Shown: in pieces, positions 41,270 through 51,607 of the stretch
Numbering within the stretch: position 1 is the first letter of the stretch
How the letters are laid out: each line of letters opens with the position of its first letter
Assembly: GCA_963712735.1 (NCBI GenBank)
Contig: CAVQIZ010000002.1
Location: 588,387 to 652,386, forward strand
Length of the DNA: 64,000 nucleotides
Source: an uncultured Chloroflexia bacterium
GTDB taxonomy: Bacteria > Chloroflexota > Limnocylindria > Limnocylindrales > CSP1-4
Direction of reading: 5' to 3'
Notes under the pieces: model-generated
The model's database searches: none
Seen by the model: the letters and a program-made list of their open reading frames with translations, nothing else
What the model was told of the DNA's origin: nothing
Position numbers and translations under genes: made by a program

Positions 41270-43204
41270 GTGATCGGCGAACCCCTGCCCGTCGGCAGCA
41301 GCCCCGGCGCCCGGCGGAACCTTGCGCCCCGGTTCGTGGCGTTCGGAGTGGCCATCGTGCTGGCCGTGACCGGCCTCGGCCTGCGCCTGTTCCAGCTGCA
41401 GGTGGCCGAGGGATCGAGCTTCGAGGTCTACGTCGAGCAGCAGCTGACCACGCAGCGACCGATCCCCGTCTCGCGCGGACTGATGTACGACCGACGCGGC
41501 CGACTGCTGGTCGAGAACGTGCCCACGTTCGTGCTGCGCATCCTGCCGGCCGACCTGCCGTTCGAGGACCGCCCCGACGTGGCAGAGCGCATCTCCAGGC
41601 TCACGGACATCCCGTCTCGCCAGATCATCGAACGGCTCGACGCGCACACCGGCTCGCAATACGAACTCGTACGGATCACCGATGTCTCGGAGGAGACGGC
41701 GCGCGTCATCGCGGAGGATCCGGAGCTGTTCCCCGGCATCAACGTGGACCTGGAGCCTCGTCGCAAGTACCCGCAGGGCAAGCTGATGGCGCACGTGCTG
41801 GGCTGGACCGGGCGTATCTCCGGGCCGGAGTACCAGCGCCTGAAGGACGATGGCTACTATCCTGAGGACCTGTTGGGCAAGGCCGGCCTGGAGGCGACCT
41901 TCGAGGACACCCTGCGCGGGACGTACGGTCTCGAGGTCGTCGATCTCGATCGCCAGGGCCACGAGGTCCATGCGCCCGACATCATGCGTCAGCCGATACC
42001 CGGTCATTCGCTCGAGCTGACCATCGATACCAAGGCCCAGAAGCACGCAGAGAAGGCGCTCAAGTGGGCCATGGACCGGGTCGGTATCAAGCGCGGCACG
42101 TTCCTGGCCATGAACCCGCAGAACGGCGAGATCCTGGCCATGGTGTCGTTGCCCAGCTACGACAACAACAAGTTCGCCCAGGGCATCTCCAGCTCGGACT
42201 ATCGCCGGCTCCTCAGGGACCCCACCAAGCCCATGCTCAACGTGGCCGTCAACGAGCAGTACCCGCCGGGCTCGACGTACAAGCTCGTCACCGGTACCGG
42301 GGCGCTCGGCGATGGCAAGATCAGCCCCAGCTCGCGCGTCAAGACCGAGCCGTTCATCGAGATCGGTGAGTGGAAGTACTGGGACTGGAACCGCGAGGGC
42401 TGGGGCCCGCTCAACATCTACGACGGCTTCGGGCACTCCAGCGACACGTTCTTCTTCCGCCTTTCCGGAATGCTCGGCATCGACCGCCTGGCCTACTGGG
42501 CGCACCAGTTCGGCTTCGGCAAGCCGACCGGCATCGACTTGCCCGCGGAGGCCAGCGGCATCGTGCCCACCAACGAGTGGAAGCGCCGCACGCTCAACGA
42601 GCAGTACTTCACCGGTGAGCTCTACCAGGCCGGCATCGGCCAGGGCTACAACACCAGCACGCCACTCCAGGTGCTCAACGCCTACGCCGCGCTGGCCAAC
42701 GGCGGCACGCTCTTCAAGCCGCAGCTGGTGCGCAAGGTGCTCGATGCCGAGGGCAAGGTCGTCGAGCGCGTGCAGCCGGAGGTCATCCGCGAGCTGGATG
42801 TCGACAAGTCGGTCCTGCGGACCATGCGCGTGGCCTCCCGGCGGGTGGTGACCATCCGCCATACCTACAACCTGGTCGACCTGCCCATCGTCGTGGCCGG
42901 GAAGTCGGGAACCGCCGAGTTCGGCATCCGCGACAAGCAGGGCCGACTGCCGTTCAGCAACTGGTTCGTGGCGTTCGTGCCCAAGGACGCACGCAAGACG
43001 GAGTCCGATCCCAATGGCATCGCTGCGGTCAAGCGCGAGGACAGCGACCTGGTGGTGCTGGCCTACCTCGACGACACGCGGACCAAGGGGAACGTCGCCA
43101 CGGAGGTGGTGAAGTACTTCCTGCAGCTCCACTACGGGCTCAAGACCGACCTGCGCCAGGGCTGGGTCCTTGAGCGCGACAACTTCTACAACCTCAACAG
43201 CTAG
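41270..43204 (+). CDS. mrdA: Penicillin-binding protein 2 (elongasome transpeptidase)
   Basis: N-terminal anchor FVAFGVAIVLAVTGLGLRLFQLQV; SxxK = PPGSTYKLVTG; KSG = AGKSGTAEF. Start at GTG 41270 (the ORF track's alternative is 41183). Confidence 0.9.
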   Translation: MIGEPLPVGSSPGARRNLAPRFVAFGVAIVLAVTGLGLRLFQLQVAEGSSFEVYVEQQLTTQRPIPVSRGLMYDRRGRLLVENVPTFVLRILPADLPFEDRPDVAERISRLTDIPSRQIIERLDAHTGSQYELVRITDVSEETARVIAEDPELFPGINVDLEPRRKYPQGKLMAHVLGWTGRISGPEYQRLKDDGYYPEDLLGKAGLEATFEDTLRGTYGLEVVDLDRQGHEVHAPDIMRQPIPGHSLELTIDTKAQKHAEKALKWAMDRVGIKRGTFLAMNPQNGEILAMVSLPSYDNNKFAQGISSSDYRRLLRDPTKPMLNVAVNEQYPPGSTYKLVTGTGALGDGKISPSSRVKTEPFIEIGEWKYWDWNREGWGPLNIYDGFGHSSDTFFFRLSGMLGIDRLAYWAHQFGFGKPTGIDLPAEASGIVPTNEWKRRTLNEQYFTGELYQAGIGQGYNTSTPLQVLNAYAALANGGTLFKPQLVRKVLDAEGKVVERVQPEVIRELDVDKSVLRTMRVASRRVVTIRHTYNLVDLPIVVAGKSGTAEFGIRDKQGRLPFSNWFVAFVPKDARKTESDPNGIAAVKREDSDLVVLAYLDDTRTKGNVATEVVKYFLQLHYGLKTDLRQGWVLERDNFYNLNS

Positions 43205-44347
43205 ATGAGCACACTGCGACTGGAGCCGGCACGCGTCGGCACGTTGACGGCCAGGGAAGGGGAGGGCCGCTGGTACGGCTTCGACCTGCAGCTGGCCATC
43301 TTCGCCTTGTCGCTCACGGTCGTGGGCCTGCTCATGGCCTTCACCAACTCGGCCGACGATCCACTGCGGCCCGGTTCGATCTTCACGCGTGGCCTCATCT
43401 GGCTCGCGCTCGCGGCGATCATCTTCGTTGCCACCGCCGCTGCCGATCATCACTGGCTGCGCACCTTCGCGTGGCCGATCTACGGCATCAGCATCGCCCT
43501 GCTGGTGCTGACCCTGGTGTTCGGCAGCGGCGTCGGTGGCGTCTCCCGCTGGGTCTCGGTCTTCGGCCTGCAGTTCCAGTTCTCGGAGGTTGCCAAGATC
43601 CTGCTGGCGGTGGTCTTGGCGCACTACCTGGCCACGCGAGAGTCGCGCATCTCGAGCGCGCGTACGCTCGTCGGTGCCGGCCTCGTGGTGCTGCCCATGC
43701 TGGGACTGGTCCTGATCCAGCCCGACCTTGGCACCTCGCTCGTCTTCGGCGCGATCCTGCTGGGGGCGCTGTTCATGTCCGGTGCCAGCCTGCGCTGGCT
43801 GGCGGCCACCGTACTGGCCGTGCTGGCGATGGTGCCTTTCGCCTGGCAGGTCCTCCTGCGCGACTACCAGAAGCAGCGACTGATCTCGTTCATCGACCCT
43901 GCCGCCGACCCCCTCGGTTCGGGCTACCAGCTGCAGCAGTCACAGGTCACGGTCAGCTCGGGCGGCCTCTTCGGCCGCGGCCTGACCAACGGCCTGGCCG
44001 GAGAGCGCCTGCCCGTTGGCTCGACCGACTTCGTCTACGCCCGCGTGGGTGAGGAGCTGGGCTTCCTCGGCGGGGCCGTCGTGCTGACCCTCTTCGCCCT
44101 GCTCATCTGGCGCGTGCTGTACGTCGGCTGGCGCTCGGGCGACATATTCACGCTGGCATTCTCCGGCGGTATCGCGGGGATGCTGCTGTTCCAGATGATC
44201 GTGAACATCGGGATGGTGCTCGGTGTCATGCCTATCACCGGTATCCCGCTGCCGTTCGTGACTCACGGTGGAGCGTCGCTCATCAGCGCGGCGCTGGGCC
44301 TGGGCATCCTCGAGTCGCTGGCCATGCGGCGGTCGCGATCGACCTGA
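43205..44347 (+). CDS. rodA: SEDS glycosyltransferase RodA
   Basis: LQPDLGTSLVF...STDFVYARVGEELGFLGG...MPITGIPLPFVTHGGASL. The ATG abuts the mrdA TAG. Confidence 0.92.
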   Translation: MSTLRLEPARVGTLTAREGEGRWYGFDLQLAIFALSLTVVGLLMAFTNSADDPLRPGSIFTRGLIWLALAAIIFVATAAADHHWLRTFAWPIYGISIALLVLTLVFGSGVGGVSRWVSVFGLQFQFSEVAKILLAVVLAHYLATRESRISSARTLVGAGLVVLPMLGLVLIQPDLGTSLVFGAILLGALFMSGASLRWLAATVLAVLAMVPFAWQVLLRDYQKQRLISFIDPAADPLGSGYQLQQSQVTVSSGGLFGRGLTNGLAGERLPVGSTDFVYARVGEELGFLGGAVVLTLFALLIWRVLYVGWRSGDIFTLAFSGGIAGMLLFQMIVNIGMVLGVMPITGIPLPFVTHGGASLISAALGLGILESLAMRRSRST

Positions 44348-44450
44348 CGAGGCCGGCAGGCTGAGCCGAACGGCCCGGCCCGCATGGCCCCCGCCGAGGA
44401 GCCAGAGCGCATGAGCCGCCACGCGACGCCGAACGCTACGCTGTAGCTAC

Positions 44451-45708
44451 ATGCCCGTTCTCCCAGAGCTTTCGTTCGGTGATGGCCTGATCTTCTCGTC
44501 CAGTGGCGGTGGAGAAGGCGCGGCGTTCGCCAGCGCCATGTTCAGCCTCTTCATCCTCTTCATCGCGGCCAAGGCCGGTGAGGAGATCTTCCGTCGCATC
44601 AACCAGCCCGGCGTCATCGGCGAGATGCTCGGTGGCTTCATCGTGGGGCCTTTCGCGCTGGGTCTCGCCGACGTCACCGTGACGGCGGAGGTCTTCGCCG
44701 AGCTGGGTGTGATCATCCTGTTGTTCACGGTCGGTCTCGAGGTGCGCATCGACGAGCTGCTCAAGGTCGGACCGATGGCCATCGCGGTCGGCACCATCGG
44801 CTTCATCCTGCCCATCATCGCGGGCGCTGCCATCGGGCTGGCCATCGGCGAGGACATGCTGGCGGCGGTCCTGACCGGCCTCGCGTTGGCGGCCACATCC
44901 ATCGGGATCACCAGTCGGGTGCTGGCAGACATGGGAGTGCTCGACCGTGCGTTCGCCCGTGTCATCCTCGGCGCCGCCATCGTCGATGACATCCTCGCGC
45001 TGCTCGCCATCGGCCTGCTCTCCGGTGTGGCTGAGGGCAATCTGGGACCCGAGACACTCCTCACCATGGTCGCTGGCATCGCCTTCGTCGGCATCGGCCT
45101 GGCCTTGGCGCCGCTGGGCCGCCGCTTGCCGCGCGAGCTATTCACCTGGCTCAAGTTCGCCGACACACCGACCGTGCCGGTCTTCATCATCATGTTCGCT
45201 GGTGCCTTGCTGGCACAGTTCGTCGGTCTCGCCGCCATCATCGGCTCGTTCGTCGTTGGCCTGATGATCGCCGAGACGCCGGTCCGCGAGGAGGTCGAGC
45301 ATGGGTTCCGGCCGCTGCTGGGCATCTTCGCGCCGTTCTTCTTCGCCGTCACCGGCGCCAACATCGACATGAGTGCGTTGCTCGACTCCCGACCTGCTCA
45401 TCATCGTGCTCGTGCTTGCCGTCATGGGCGTGCTGACCAAGCTGGTGGGCGGCATCATCGGCTCGTGGAAACTGGGCAAGTGGAACTCGATCGTGGTCGG
45501 CGTGGGTATGAGTCCGCGTGGCGAGGTCGGCATCGTCGTCTCGGCCCTGGGTCTCACGCTGGGTCTCATCGGGCACGAGATGTATGCAGTCCTGCTGGCG
45601 GCCGTCATCCTGACGACGCTGGTGGCGCCGGTGATGCTGCAGTGGGCGATCCCCAAGGCACCACGCGATGAACGGCATCACGGCGGCGAGGCGGGCGCCG
45701 GCGCCTGA
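44451..45708 (+). pseudogene. Cation:proton antiporter (CPA2/Kef-NapA type), frame broken by one extra base near 45387-45390 (apparent pseudogene or sequence error)
   Basis: The first frame gives IFRRINQPGVIGEMLGGFIVGP...FFFAVTGANIDMSALLDS. It continues one base later as PDLLIIVLVLAVMGVLTKLVGG...GMSPRGEVGIVVSALG. Confidence 0.8.
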
Positions 45709-45724
45709 CGCCGGCTGACGAGCC

Positions 45725-46219
45725 CTAGGGCACCCGTCGCAGCAGCACGTCCAGTTCGCGCTTGTAGTTGCGCCCCATGGTGGTACGCGAGAGCCACTCG
45801 AGGTAGTCGTGGTCGTAGCGGCCGACCTGGTTGAGGGTCCAGCCGCGGTAGCGACCGAAGGAGAGCACGCGACCCTGTGCTGGGGGATTCGCCGGTGGCG
45901 GCCCTGCCTCTCCGTAGGGACTGTCGACTGCCGGCCCGCCGACGTTGAAGCCTCCCGCCCGCGCGGGTCGATCGTCGCCCGGGGTCAGCGTCGGCGCCGA
46001 GGCGGTGACCAGGCCGATGAGCTCGTCGTAGCGCGCCCGCTTGGCGGCATCGCCCAGGACGGCGTAAGCCTCGTTCAGCTCGGCCATCCGCACCGCAGCC
46101 TGCGGCGACGCATCGACATCGGGGTGATAGCGCTTGGCCAGGTGGCGGTAGACCAGGCTGATCAGTTCGCGGTCGGCGCGCGGGCTGAGCATGAGGACGT
46201 CGTAGAAGGTTCGTGCCAT
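45725..46219 (-). CDS. J-domain protein with DUF3820-like C-terminal domain
   Basis: FYDVLMLSPRADRELISLVYRHLAKRYHPDV (HPD motif). C-terminal FGRYRGWTLNQVGRYDHDYLEWL. Confidence 0.75.
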   Translation of the reverse strand: MARTFYDVLMLSPRADRELISLVYRHLAKRYHPDVDASPQAAVRMAELNEAYAVLGDAAKRARYDELIGLVTASAPTLTPGDDRPARAGGFNVGGPAVDSPYGEAGPPPANPPAQGRVLSFGRYRGWTLNQVGRYDHDYLEWLSRTTMGRNYKRELDVLLRRVP

Positions 46220-46286
46220 GTCAGGTGCACGATACTGGACAAGGGCCCGCCCTCGGTCGCCGCTGGCGCGGGGATGTCGCCAGCGA

Positions 46287-46316
46287 TTGACGCTGGCGGG
46301 CGAATCCCGCTACCAT
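46287..46316 (+). promoter_or_regulatory. Candidate sigma-70-type promoter for rplU-rpmA (TTGACG, 18-nt spacer, TACCAT)
   Basis: TTGACG at 46287-46292 and TACCAT at 46311-46316. About 100 nt upstream of the rplU ATG. Confidence 0.4.
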
Positions 46317-46419
46317 CTCCCTTCGCGCCCGGGTATCTGTCGCGCCGTGCTCGCCTGCGACTCACACCTCGCGTCGACCCAGTCATCGCATCATGAACCG
46401 ACCACGCAACGGGAACCCC

Positions 46420-47178
46420 ATGTACGCAGTCATCGAATCAGGCGGCAAGCAGCACCGCGTCGAGCTCGGCTCGGAGATCCAGGTCGATCGCCTGGACGTC
46501 CAGCCCGGCGACTCCATCACCCTCGACCGCGTCCTGCTCGTCGCGGACGGCGACGAATCCGCCATTGGCCGGCCCGTCGTGGACGGCGCCAGCGTCTCCG
46601 CGCAGGTGCTGCGCCAGGAGCGAGGCGAGAAGATCGTCGTCTTCAAGTACAAGCCCAAGGCACGCACCCGCGTCAAGCAGGGGTTCCGTGCTGAGCTGAC
46701 CAGGCTCCGCATCACCGACATCGCGTTCGCTGGCAAGAGTGCTGCCGAGAGCGCCGAGCAGGAGGCCGAGGACGAGGCCCGCCAGGCGCGTGCCGCGGCG
46801 CAGGCCGAGAAGGCTGCTGCGGAGAAGGCTGCTGCGGAGAAGGCTGCTGCGGACAAGGCGCTCGCGGAGAAGCTCGCTGCCGCCGAGGCCAGCGCCGCCG
46901 AGGCCAGCGCCGCCGAGGCCAGCGCCGCCGAGACCAGCGCCGCCGAGACCAGCGCCGCCGAGACCACCGACGCGACGGAGAGCGCCGACGCCGAGCCCAA
47001 GGCGACCAAGGCCGCGGCCAAGCCCAAGAGCAGCGCAAAGTCGACCGTCAAGGCCAGCGCCGAGCCTGCGCCCGAGGCGAGCTCGGACGTGGCCGCAGCG
47101 TCGGACGCGGCAGCGGAGACTGCACCCGCGGAGGAGGCTGAGGCCGCCGACGCTGACGAGAGCAAGAAGGACGGGTGA
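46420..47178 (+). CDS. rplU: 50S ribosomal protein L21 with a ~150-aa Ala/Glu-rich repetitive C-terminal extension
   Basis: MYAVIESGGKQHRVELGSEIQVDRL...VVFKYKPKARTRVKQGFRAELTRLRITDI is the L21 core. It is followed by the low-complexity tail AEKAAAEKAAAEK...EASAAEASAAEASAAETSAAETSAAET. Confidence 0.9.
   Translation: MYAVIESGGKQHRVELGSEIQVDRLDVQPGDSITLDRVLLVADGDESAIGRPVVDGASVSAQVLRQERGEKIVVFKYKPKARTRVKQGFRAELTRLRITDIAFAGKSAAESAEQEAEDEARQARAAAQAEKAAAEKAAAEKAAADKALAEKLAAAEASAAEASAAEASAAETSAAETSAAETTDATESADAEPKATKAAAKPKSSAKSTVKASAEPAPEASSDVAAASDAAAETAPAEEAEAADADESKKDG
46807..46851 (+). repeat. In-frame 15-bp tandem repeat GAGAAGGCTGCTGCG x3 (EKAAA) inside rplU
   Basis: Three perfect units at 46807-46821, 46822-46836 and 46837-46851, followed by two degenerate units. 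Confidence 0.9.
46882..46971 (+). repeat. In-frame 15-bp tandem repeat GCCGAG(G/A)CCAGCGCC x6 (AEASA/AETSA) inside rplU
   Basis: Three GCCGAGGCCAGCGCC units, then two GCCGAGACCAGCGCC units and one degenerate unit. Confidence 0.9.
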
Positions 47179-47181
47179 CAC

Positions 47182-47448
47182 GTGGCTCACAAGAAGGCAG
47201 GTTCCAGTTCGAAGAACGGTCGCGACAGCGTCGGCCAGCGGCTCGGCGTGAAAGCCGGTGACGGCCAGCTCGTCAGCGCCGGCTCGATCATCGTCCGCCA
47301 GCGTGGCATGACGTTCCTTTCCGGTCCCGGCACCGGGCTGGGCAAGGACTACACCGTCTTCGCGACGGTCGATGGCCGCGTGCACTTCGAGCACGCCCGC
47401 AAGGACAAGAAGCGCATCCGCGTCGAAGCCGAGTCGCTGGCCGGCTAG
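47182..47448 (+). CDS. rpmA: 50S ribosomal protein L27
   Basis: [42 protein letters not shown]. Confidence 0.96.
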   Translation: MAHKKAGSSSKNGRDSVGQRLGVKAGDGQLVSAGSIIVRQRGMTFLSGPGTGLGKDYTVFATVDGRVHFEHARKDKKRIRVEAESLAG

Positions 47449-47470
47449 GCACGAGGAATCCACACACGAC

Positions 47471-47683
47471 ATGAAGCCTGATACGCACCCCAACTACTAC
47501 CAAGCCAGGGTCAGCTGCGCATCCTGCGGCACCGAGTTCACCGTCGGCTCGACGGCAGAGGAGCTGCGAGTCGACATCTGCTCCAGCTGCCATCCCTTCT
47601 ACACCGGCAAGCAGACCATCGTCGACACGGCCGGCCAGGTCGAGCGCTTCCAGAAGCGTCTCGAACGCTCAGCCAAGCTCTGA
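47471..47683 (+). CDS. rpmE: 50S ribosomal protein L31 (zinc-binding type)
   Basis: [28 protein letters not shown]...[12 protein letters not shown]. Confidence 0.95.
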   Translation: MKPDTHPNYYQARVSCASCGTEFTVGSTAEELRVDICSSCHPFYTGKQTIVDTAGQVERFQKRLERSAKL

Positions 47684-47697
47684 GCCGAAGTCACGAC

Positions 47698-48909
47698 GTG
47701 ACCCAGTCGCCGGCAGGGCAGGGGAGTGCCGCCCCCCTGAGTGGCGACGCTGCTGCTGCACCCCGCTTCGCGTATGGCGGGCAGGCCCTCATGGAGGGCG
47801 TCTACATGCGCGGCAAGGAAGCCATCGGCGTGGCTGTGCGCGGCCCGGATGGACAGATCTTCGCCGGCCAGGAGAAGCTGGACAGCGTCCTCCATCGCAA
47901 CCGCTTCGCGCGCGCTCCGTTCTTCCGGGGCGTCGTCGTGCTCTACGAGACGCTCGTCATCGGGACGCGCTGGCTGATGAAGTCGGGCTCACTCGCCGCG
48001 GCGGGCGAGGGCGTCGCCTTCGGTGGCAAGGCTATCGCGCTGACGATGCTCTTCACCATCGGCCTGGCCGTCGGTCTCTTCGTGCTGCTACCCCTGCTGG
48101 TGGCGCAGGGCGGCGTGTCGCTCCTCGTTGGCGAGGTCGATAGCGGCTGGGAGTCCTTCCTCGTGCATATCCTCGAGGGGTTCGTCCGCGTCTTCATCTT
48201 CGTCGGCTACCTGGCGCTGGTCAGTCGCTCCGCGGAGATCGGCCGGGTCTTCCAGTACCACGGCGCCGAGCACATGACCATCCACACGCTCGAGTCCGAC
48301 CTGCCGCTGACGGTCGACAACGTCCGCAAGTTTCCCACCGCGCATCCGCGCTGCGGGACGGAGTTCCTGGTCATCTTCATCCTCGTCAGCATCCTGCTCT
48401 TCAGCCTGCTGGCCGGGGCCGACCTGTGGGTCGCCATCCTGGGCCGCGTGCTGCTGGTGCCGGTGATCGCGGCGGTCTCGTACGAGGTGCTGAAGTTCGG
48501 CGCCAAGCGTCGCGAATCGGGCTTCTGGCACCTGCTCTTCCTGCCCGGCATCTGGGTCCAGCGCATCACCACCAAGCAACCCGACGACTCGATGATCGAG
48601 ATCGCCGTGTGCGCCATGCAGGAGGCGCTGGCCGCCAACGGCGAGACGGCGCCCGCGGGTAGCCTCGATCCCGTGCGCGAACCCATTCCCGACGTGGGAG
48701 AGCTGGCCAAGGAGATGGAGGCGCGCATCGAGGCCGAGGAGGCTGCGAACGAGCGGGGCGACAGCGTGACCGAGGCCGGCGATGCCGCGACACCGGATCC
48801 GCTGCACGCGCCGGATGCGGCCGCCCCTGACGACAAGGCCACGACGGCCGCGGCCGATGAGGCTGGGGCCGCCAGGCCGCGCGCCGGAGGCGCCACGGAG
48901 GGCGCATGA
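47698..48909 (+). CDS. DUF1385 family membrane protein
   Basis: YGGQALMEGVYMRG...VFQYHGAEHMTIHTLE...HPRCGTEFLV is the DUF1385 signature, in its usual place between rpmE and prfA. Acidic/Ala-rich C-terminal tail. Confidence 0.85.
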   Translation: MTQSPAGQGSAAPLSGDAAAAPRFAYGGQALMEGVYMRGKEAIGVAVRGPDGQIFAGQEKLDSVLHRNRFARAPFFRGVVVLYETLVIGTRWLMKSGSLAAAGEGVAFGGKAIALTMLFTIGLAVGLFVLLPLLVAQGGVSLLVGEVDSGWESFLVHILEGFVRVFIFVGYLALVSRSAEIGRVFQYHGAEHMTIHTLESDLPLTVDNVRKFPTAHPRCGTEFLVIFILVSILLFSLLAGADLWVAILGRVLLVPVIAAVSYEVLKFGAKRRESGFWHLLFLPGIWVQRITTKQPDDSMIEIAVCAMQEALAANGETAPAGSLDPVREPIPDVGELAKEMEARIEAEEAANERGDSVTEAGDAATPDPLHAPDAAAPDDKATTAAADEAGAARPRAGGATEGA

Positions 48910-50003
48910 GCCTGGAAGCCCGGCTCGACGAGCTGGAGCGTCGCCTCGTCGACATCGAAGCCGAGTGGGCCGACCCGGACGTCGCAGCCGACCCTGCCCG
49001 CAGCCGCAAGCTGGGTCGTGAGCAGGCGCGCATCGCTCCCATCGTCGAGAACCATCGTCGGTTGCGCGCGGTGCAGGCAGAGCTGGCTGCCGCCCGTCGC
49101 GATCTGCAGTCCGAAGCCGATCCCGAGCTGAAGGAGATGGCTCGCGAGATCATCGCCGAGAACGAGTCCGAGGAAGCCCGGCTGGGCGAGGAGCTGCGCG
49201 TCCAGCTGCTGCCGCCCGACCCCAACGACGAGCGTGACGTCATCATCGAGATCCGCGGCGGCACCGGCGGCGAGGAGGCGGCTATCTTCGCAGCCGACCT
49301 CTTCCGCATGTATGCCCGCTACGCGGAGCGGCAACGCTGGAAGACTGAGACGCTGGCCACCTCGGAGTCGGGCGTCAAGGGCCTGCGCGAGGTCATCTTC
49401 GAGATCAGCGGCCAGGGCGCCTGGAGCCGGCTCAAGTACGAGGGCGGGGTGCATCGCGTGCAGCGGGTGCCGGAGACCGAGTCGAGCGGCCGTATCCACA
49501 CCTCCACGGCCACGGTGGCCGTGCTACCCAAGGCCGACGAGGTCGACATCGCGATCGATGAGGCTCGTGACCTGCGCATCGACGTCAAACGTGCCTCCGG
49601 GCCCGGTGGGCAGTCGGTCAACACGACCGACTCGGCGGTCCGCATCACGCACCTGCCGAGCGGCCTCGTCGTCGAGATCCAGGACGAGAAGAGCCAGCAC
49701 AAGAACAAGGCCAAGGCCATGTCCGTGCTGCGTGCGCGGCTCCTCGAGATGGAGCAGCGAAAGGCACAGGAGGAAGAGGCCGAGGCGCGCCGGCTGATGG
49801 TCGGGTCCGGCGAGCGCTCCGAGAAGATCCGCACCTACAACTTTCCCCAGGACCGCATCACCGACCATCGCATCAACCTTGATGTGCATGGCCTCCCCGG
49901 CGTGCTCGATGGCGACCTCGACAGGCTCATCGAAGCGCTCATCACTGCCGATCAGGCCGATCGGCTGGCCTCGCTCGAGGGTCAGTCGGGCACGGCTGCC
50001 TAG
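48906..50003 (+). CDS. prfA: Peptide chain release factor 1
   Basis: [14 protein letters not shown] (PxT-type tripeptide) and [18 protein letters not shown] (GGQ). Confidence 0.95.
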   Translation: MSLEARLDELERRLVDIEAEWADPDVAADPARSRKLGREQARIAPIVENHRRLRAVQAELAAARRDLQSEADPELKEMAREIIAENESEEARLGEELRVQLLPPDPNDERDVIIEIRGGTGGEEAAIFAADLFRMYARYAERQRWKTETLATSESGVKGLREVIFEISGQGAWSRLKYEGGVHRVQRVPETESSGRIHTSTATVAVLPKADEVDIAIDEARDLRIDVKRASGPGGQSVNTTDSAVRITHLPSGLVVEIQDEKSQHKNKAKAMSVLRARLLEMEQRKAQEEEAEARRLMVGSGERSEKIRTYNFPQDRITDHRINLDVHGLPGVLDGDLDRLIEALITADQADRLASLEGQSGTAA

Positions 50004-50020
50004 GCGCAGCGGGGCCCGAC

Positions 50021-50941
50021 GTGGAGAACCCTCCGCAGCGCGTCAGCGACCTACTGGCGGCGGCCAGCACCCGACTCCAGGCTGCTGGCTCGGAGACCGC
50101 GCGCCTCGACGCAGAGGTGCTCCTGGCGCACGTGCTCGGCGTCGACCGCAGTGCCCTCGCGGCACATCCCGAGGCGGTCCTGCCCAGTGGGCAGCTCGAG
50201 CGCTTCGAGGCACACCTGGCGCGCCGCGAGACGGGCGAGCCTGTGGCCTACATCCGCGGCATCAAGGAGTTCTACGGCAGCGCGATCTCCGTCGACCCGC
50301 GAGTGCTCATCCCTCGGCCGGAGACGGAGGCACTGGTGGAGCTGGCGCTGGCACGCATCACTGCCGACCTTGCTGCTGCTCCCCGGGAGCGCGGAGCCGA
50401 TCCCTACCTGGTGTGGGACCTGGGCACCGGCTCCGGCGCCATCGCCGTGGCCATCGCGGCCGAGCTGCGCCGCCGTCGCTACGGCGATGTCGTCCGCTTC
50501 TTCGTCAGCGACATCTCCGGTGACGCGCGCGACGTGGCCACGGTGAACGTGGTCGCACAGGGCCTGGCACACCTGTTCACGTTCGCCGAGGGAGATCTGA
50601 CCGAGGTCGCTCCGTACCCCCCTGGGCCCGCTGACCTCCTGCTGGCGAACCTGCCCTATATCCCTTCGGCGGCGCTCCCCGCCCTGCCGGTGGCGGCCAG
50701 CTTCGAGCCGCGCGTGGCCCTCGACGGCGGCGCCGACGGCCTCGACCTGGTGCGCCGGCTCCTCTCCCGGCTGCCCGACGTGTTGAGCCCGACGGCGGCA
50801 GCCCTGCTCGAGATCGGCAGCGATCAGGCGGAGCAGACGACGACGGCGGCCACCGCGCTGTTGCCCGCCTGGACCTGCACCATCCATCCGGACCTCTCGG
50901 GCAGCCCTCGCGTCGCGCTGCTGGAGCGCCGGCATGACTGA
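50021..50941 (+). CDS. prmC: Release factor glutamine methyltransferase PrmC/HemK
   Basis: [13 protein letters not shown] (SAM motif) and [10 protein letters not shown] (NLPY variant of NPPY). Position is directly after prfA. Confidence 0.9.
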   Translation: MENPPQRVSDLLAAASTRLQAAGSETARLDAEVLLAHVLGVDRSALAAHPEAVLPSGQLERFEAHLARRETGEPVAYIRGIKEFYGSAISVDPRVLIPRPETEALVELALARITADLAAAPRERGADPYLVWDLGTGSGAIAVAIAAELRRRRYGDVVRFFVSDISGDARDVATVNVVAQGLAHLFTFAEGDLTEVAPYPPGPADLLLANLPYIPSAALPALPVAASFEPRVALDGGADGLDLVRRLLSRLPDVLSPTAAALLEIGSDQAEQTTTAATALLPAWTCTIHPDLSGSPRVALLERRHD

Positions 50942-51572
50942 GGTCCGGCCGGCCATCCTGCCAGCCTCTGATCCGGACACGCTTGCGGCAGCCATGGCGG
51001 CGCTGCAGGCGGGCGGCATCGTGGGGCTGCCGACCGAGACCGTCTACGGCATCGGCGTCGTGCCGCAGCCGGCAGCGCTGGAGGCGGTCATCCGGGCCAA
51101 GCAGCGTCCCGATGAGAAGGGCATCGCGCTGCTCATCGACGGGCTCGACCAGGTCGACATGTTGGTGGAGCTGAGCCCCATGGCACGACGTCTGGCCGAG
51201 CATCTCTGGCCGGGCGCCCTGACGCTGGTGCTGCCGCTGCGCCGCCCGGAGCTGGTCCCGACAGCGGTGACCGGCGGCCGTGGCACCCTCGGCCTGCGCA
51301 TCCCCGATCATCCGCTGCCGCGGGCGCTGGCGCGAGCCCTGGGGCCCATCGCGGTGACATCGGCCAACCGTAGCGGTGAGCCTCCGGCCCAGACGGCCGC
51401 CGCGCTGGTGGCCAGCGTGGGGCACTCGCTGGCGCTCGTCATCGACGATGGCCCCGTTCGCGGCGGCACCGCATCGACGGTGGTGGCGGTCGATCGCGAC
51501 GACAGCTGGCACATCCTGCGGGCCGGTGCCATCGACGAGGCAGTGCTCGCGGCGGCCGCGGAGAGAGACTGA
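50934..51572 (+). CDS. tsaC: L-threonylcarbamoyladenylate synthase (YrdC/TsaC type)
   Basis: [16 protein letters not shown]...[15 protein letters not shown]...[15 protein letters not shown]. Confidence 0.88.
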   Translation: MTEVRPAILPASDPDTLAAAMAALQAGGIVGLPTETVYGIGVVPQPAALEAVIRAKQRPDEKGIALLIDGLDQVDMLVELSPMARRLAEHLWPGALTLVLPLRRPELVPTAVTGGRGTLGLRIPDHPLPRALARALGPIAVTSANRSGEPPAQTAAALVASVGHSLALVIDDGPVRGGTASTVVAVDRDDSWHILRAGAIDEAVLAAAAERD

Positions 51573-51607
51573 CCACGGCCGCGAGTACACTGGCTCAGGC
51601 GCAGGCA

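Noticed and set aside
46807-46971. Tandem 15-bp repeats as a possible CRISPR array or non-coding VNTR.
   Set aside because: There are no spacers; the units are contiguous, in frame and inside rplU. They encode an EKAAA / AEASA low-complexity tail.
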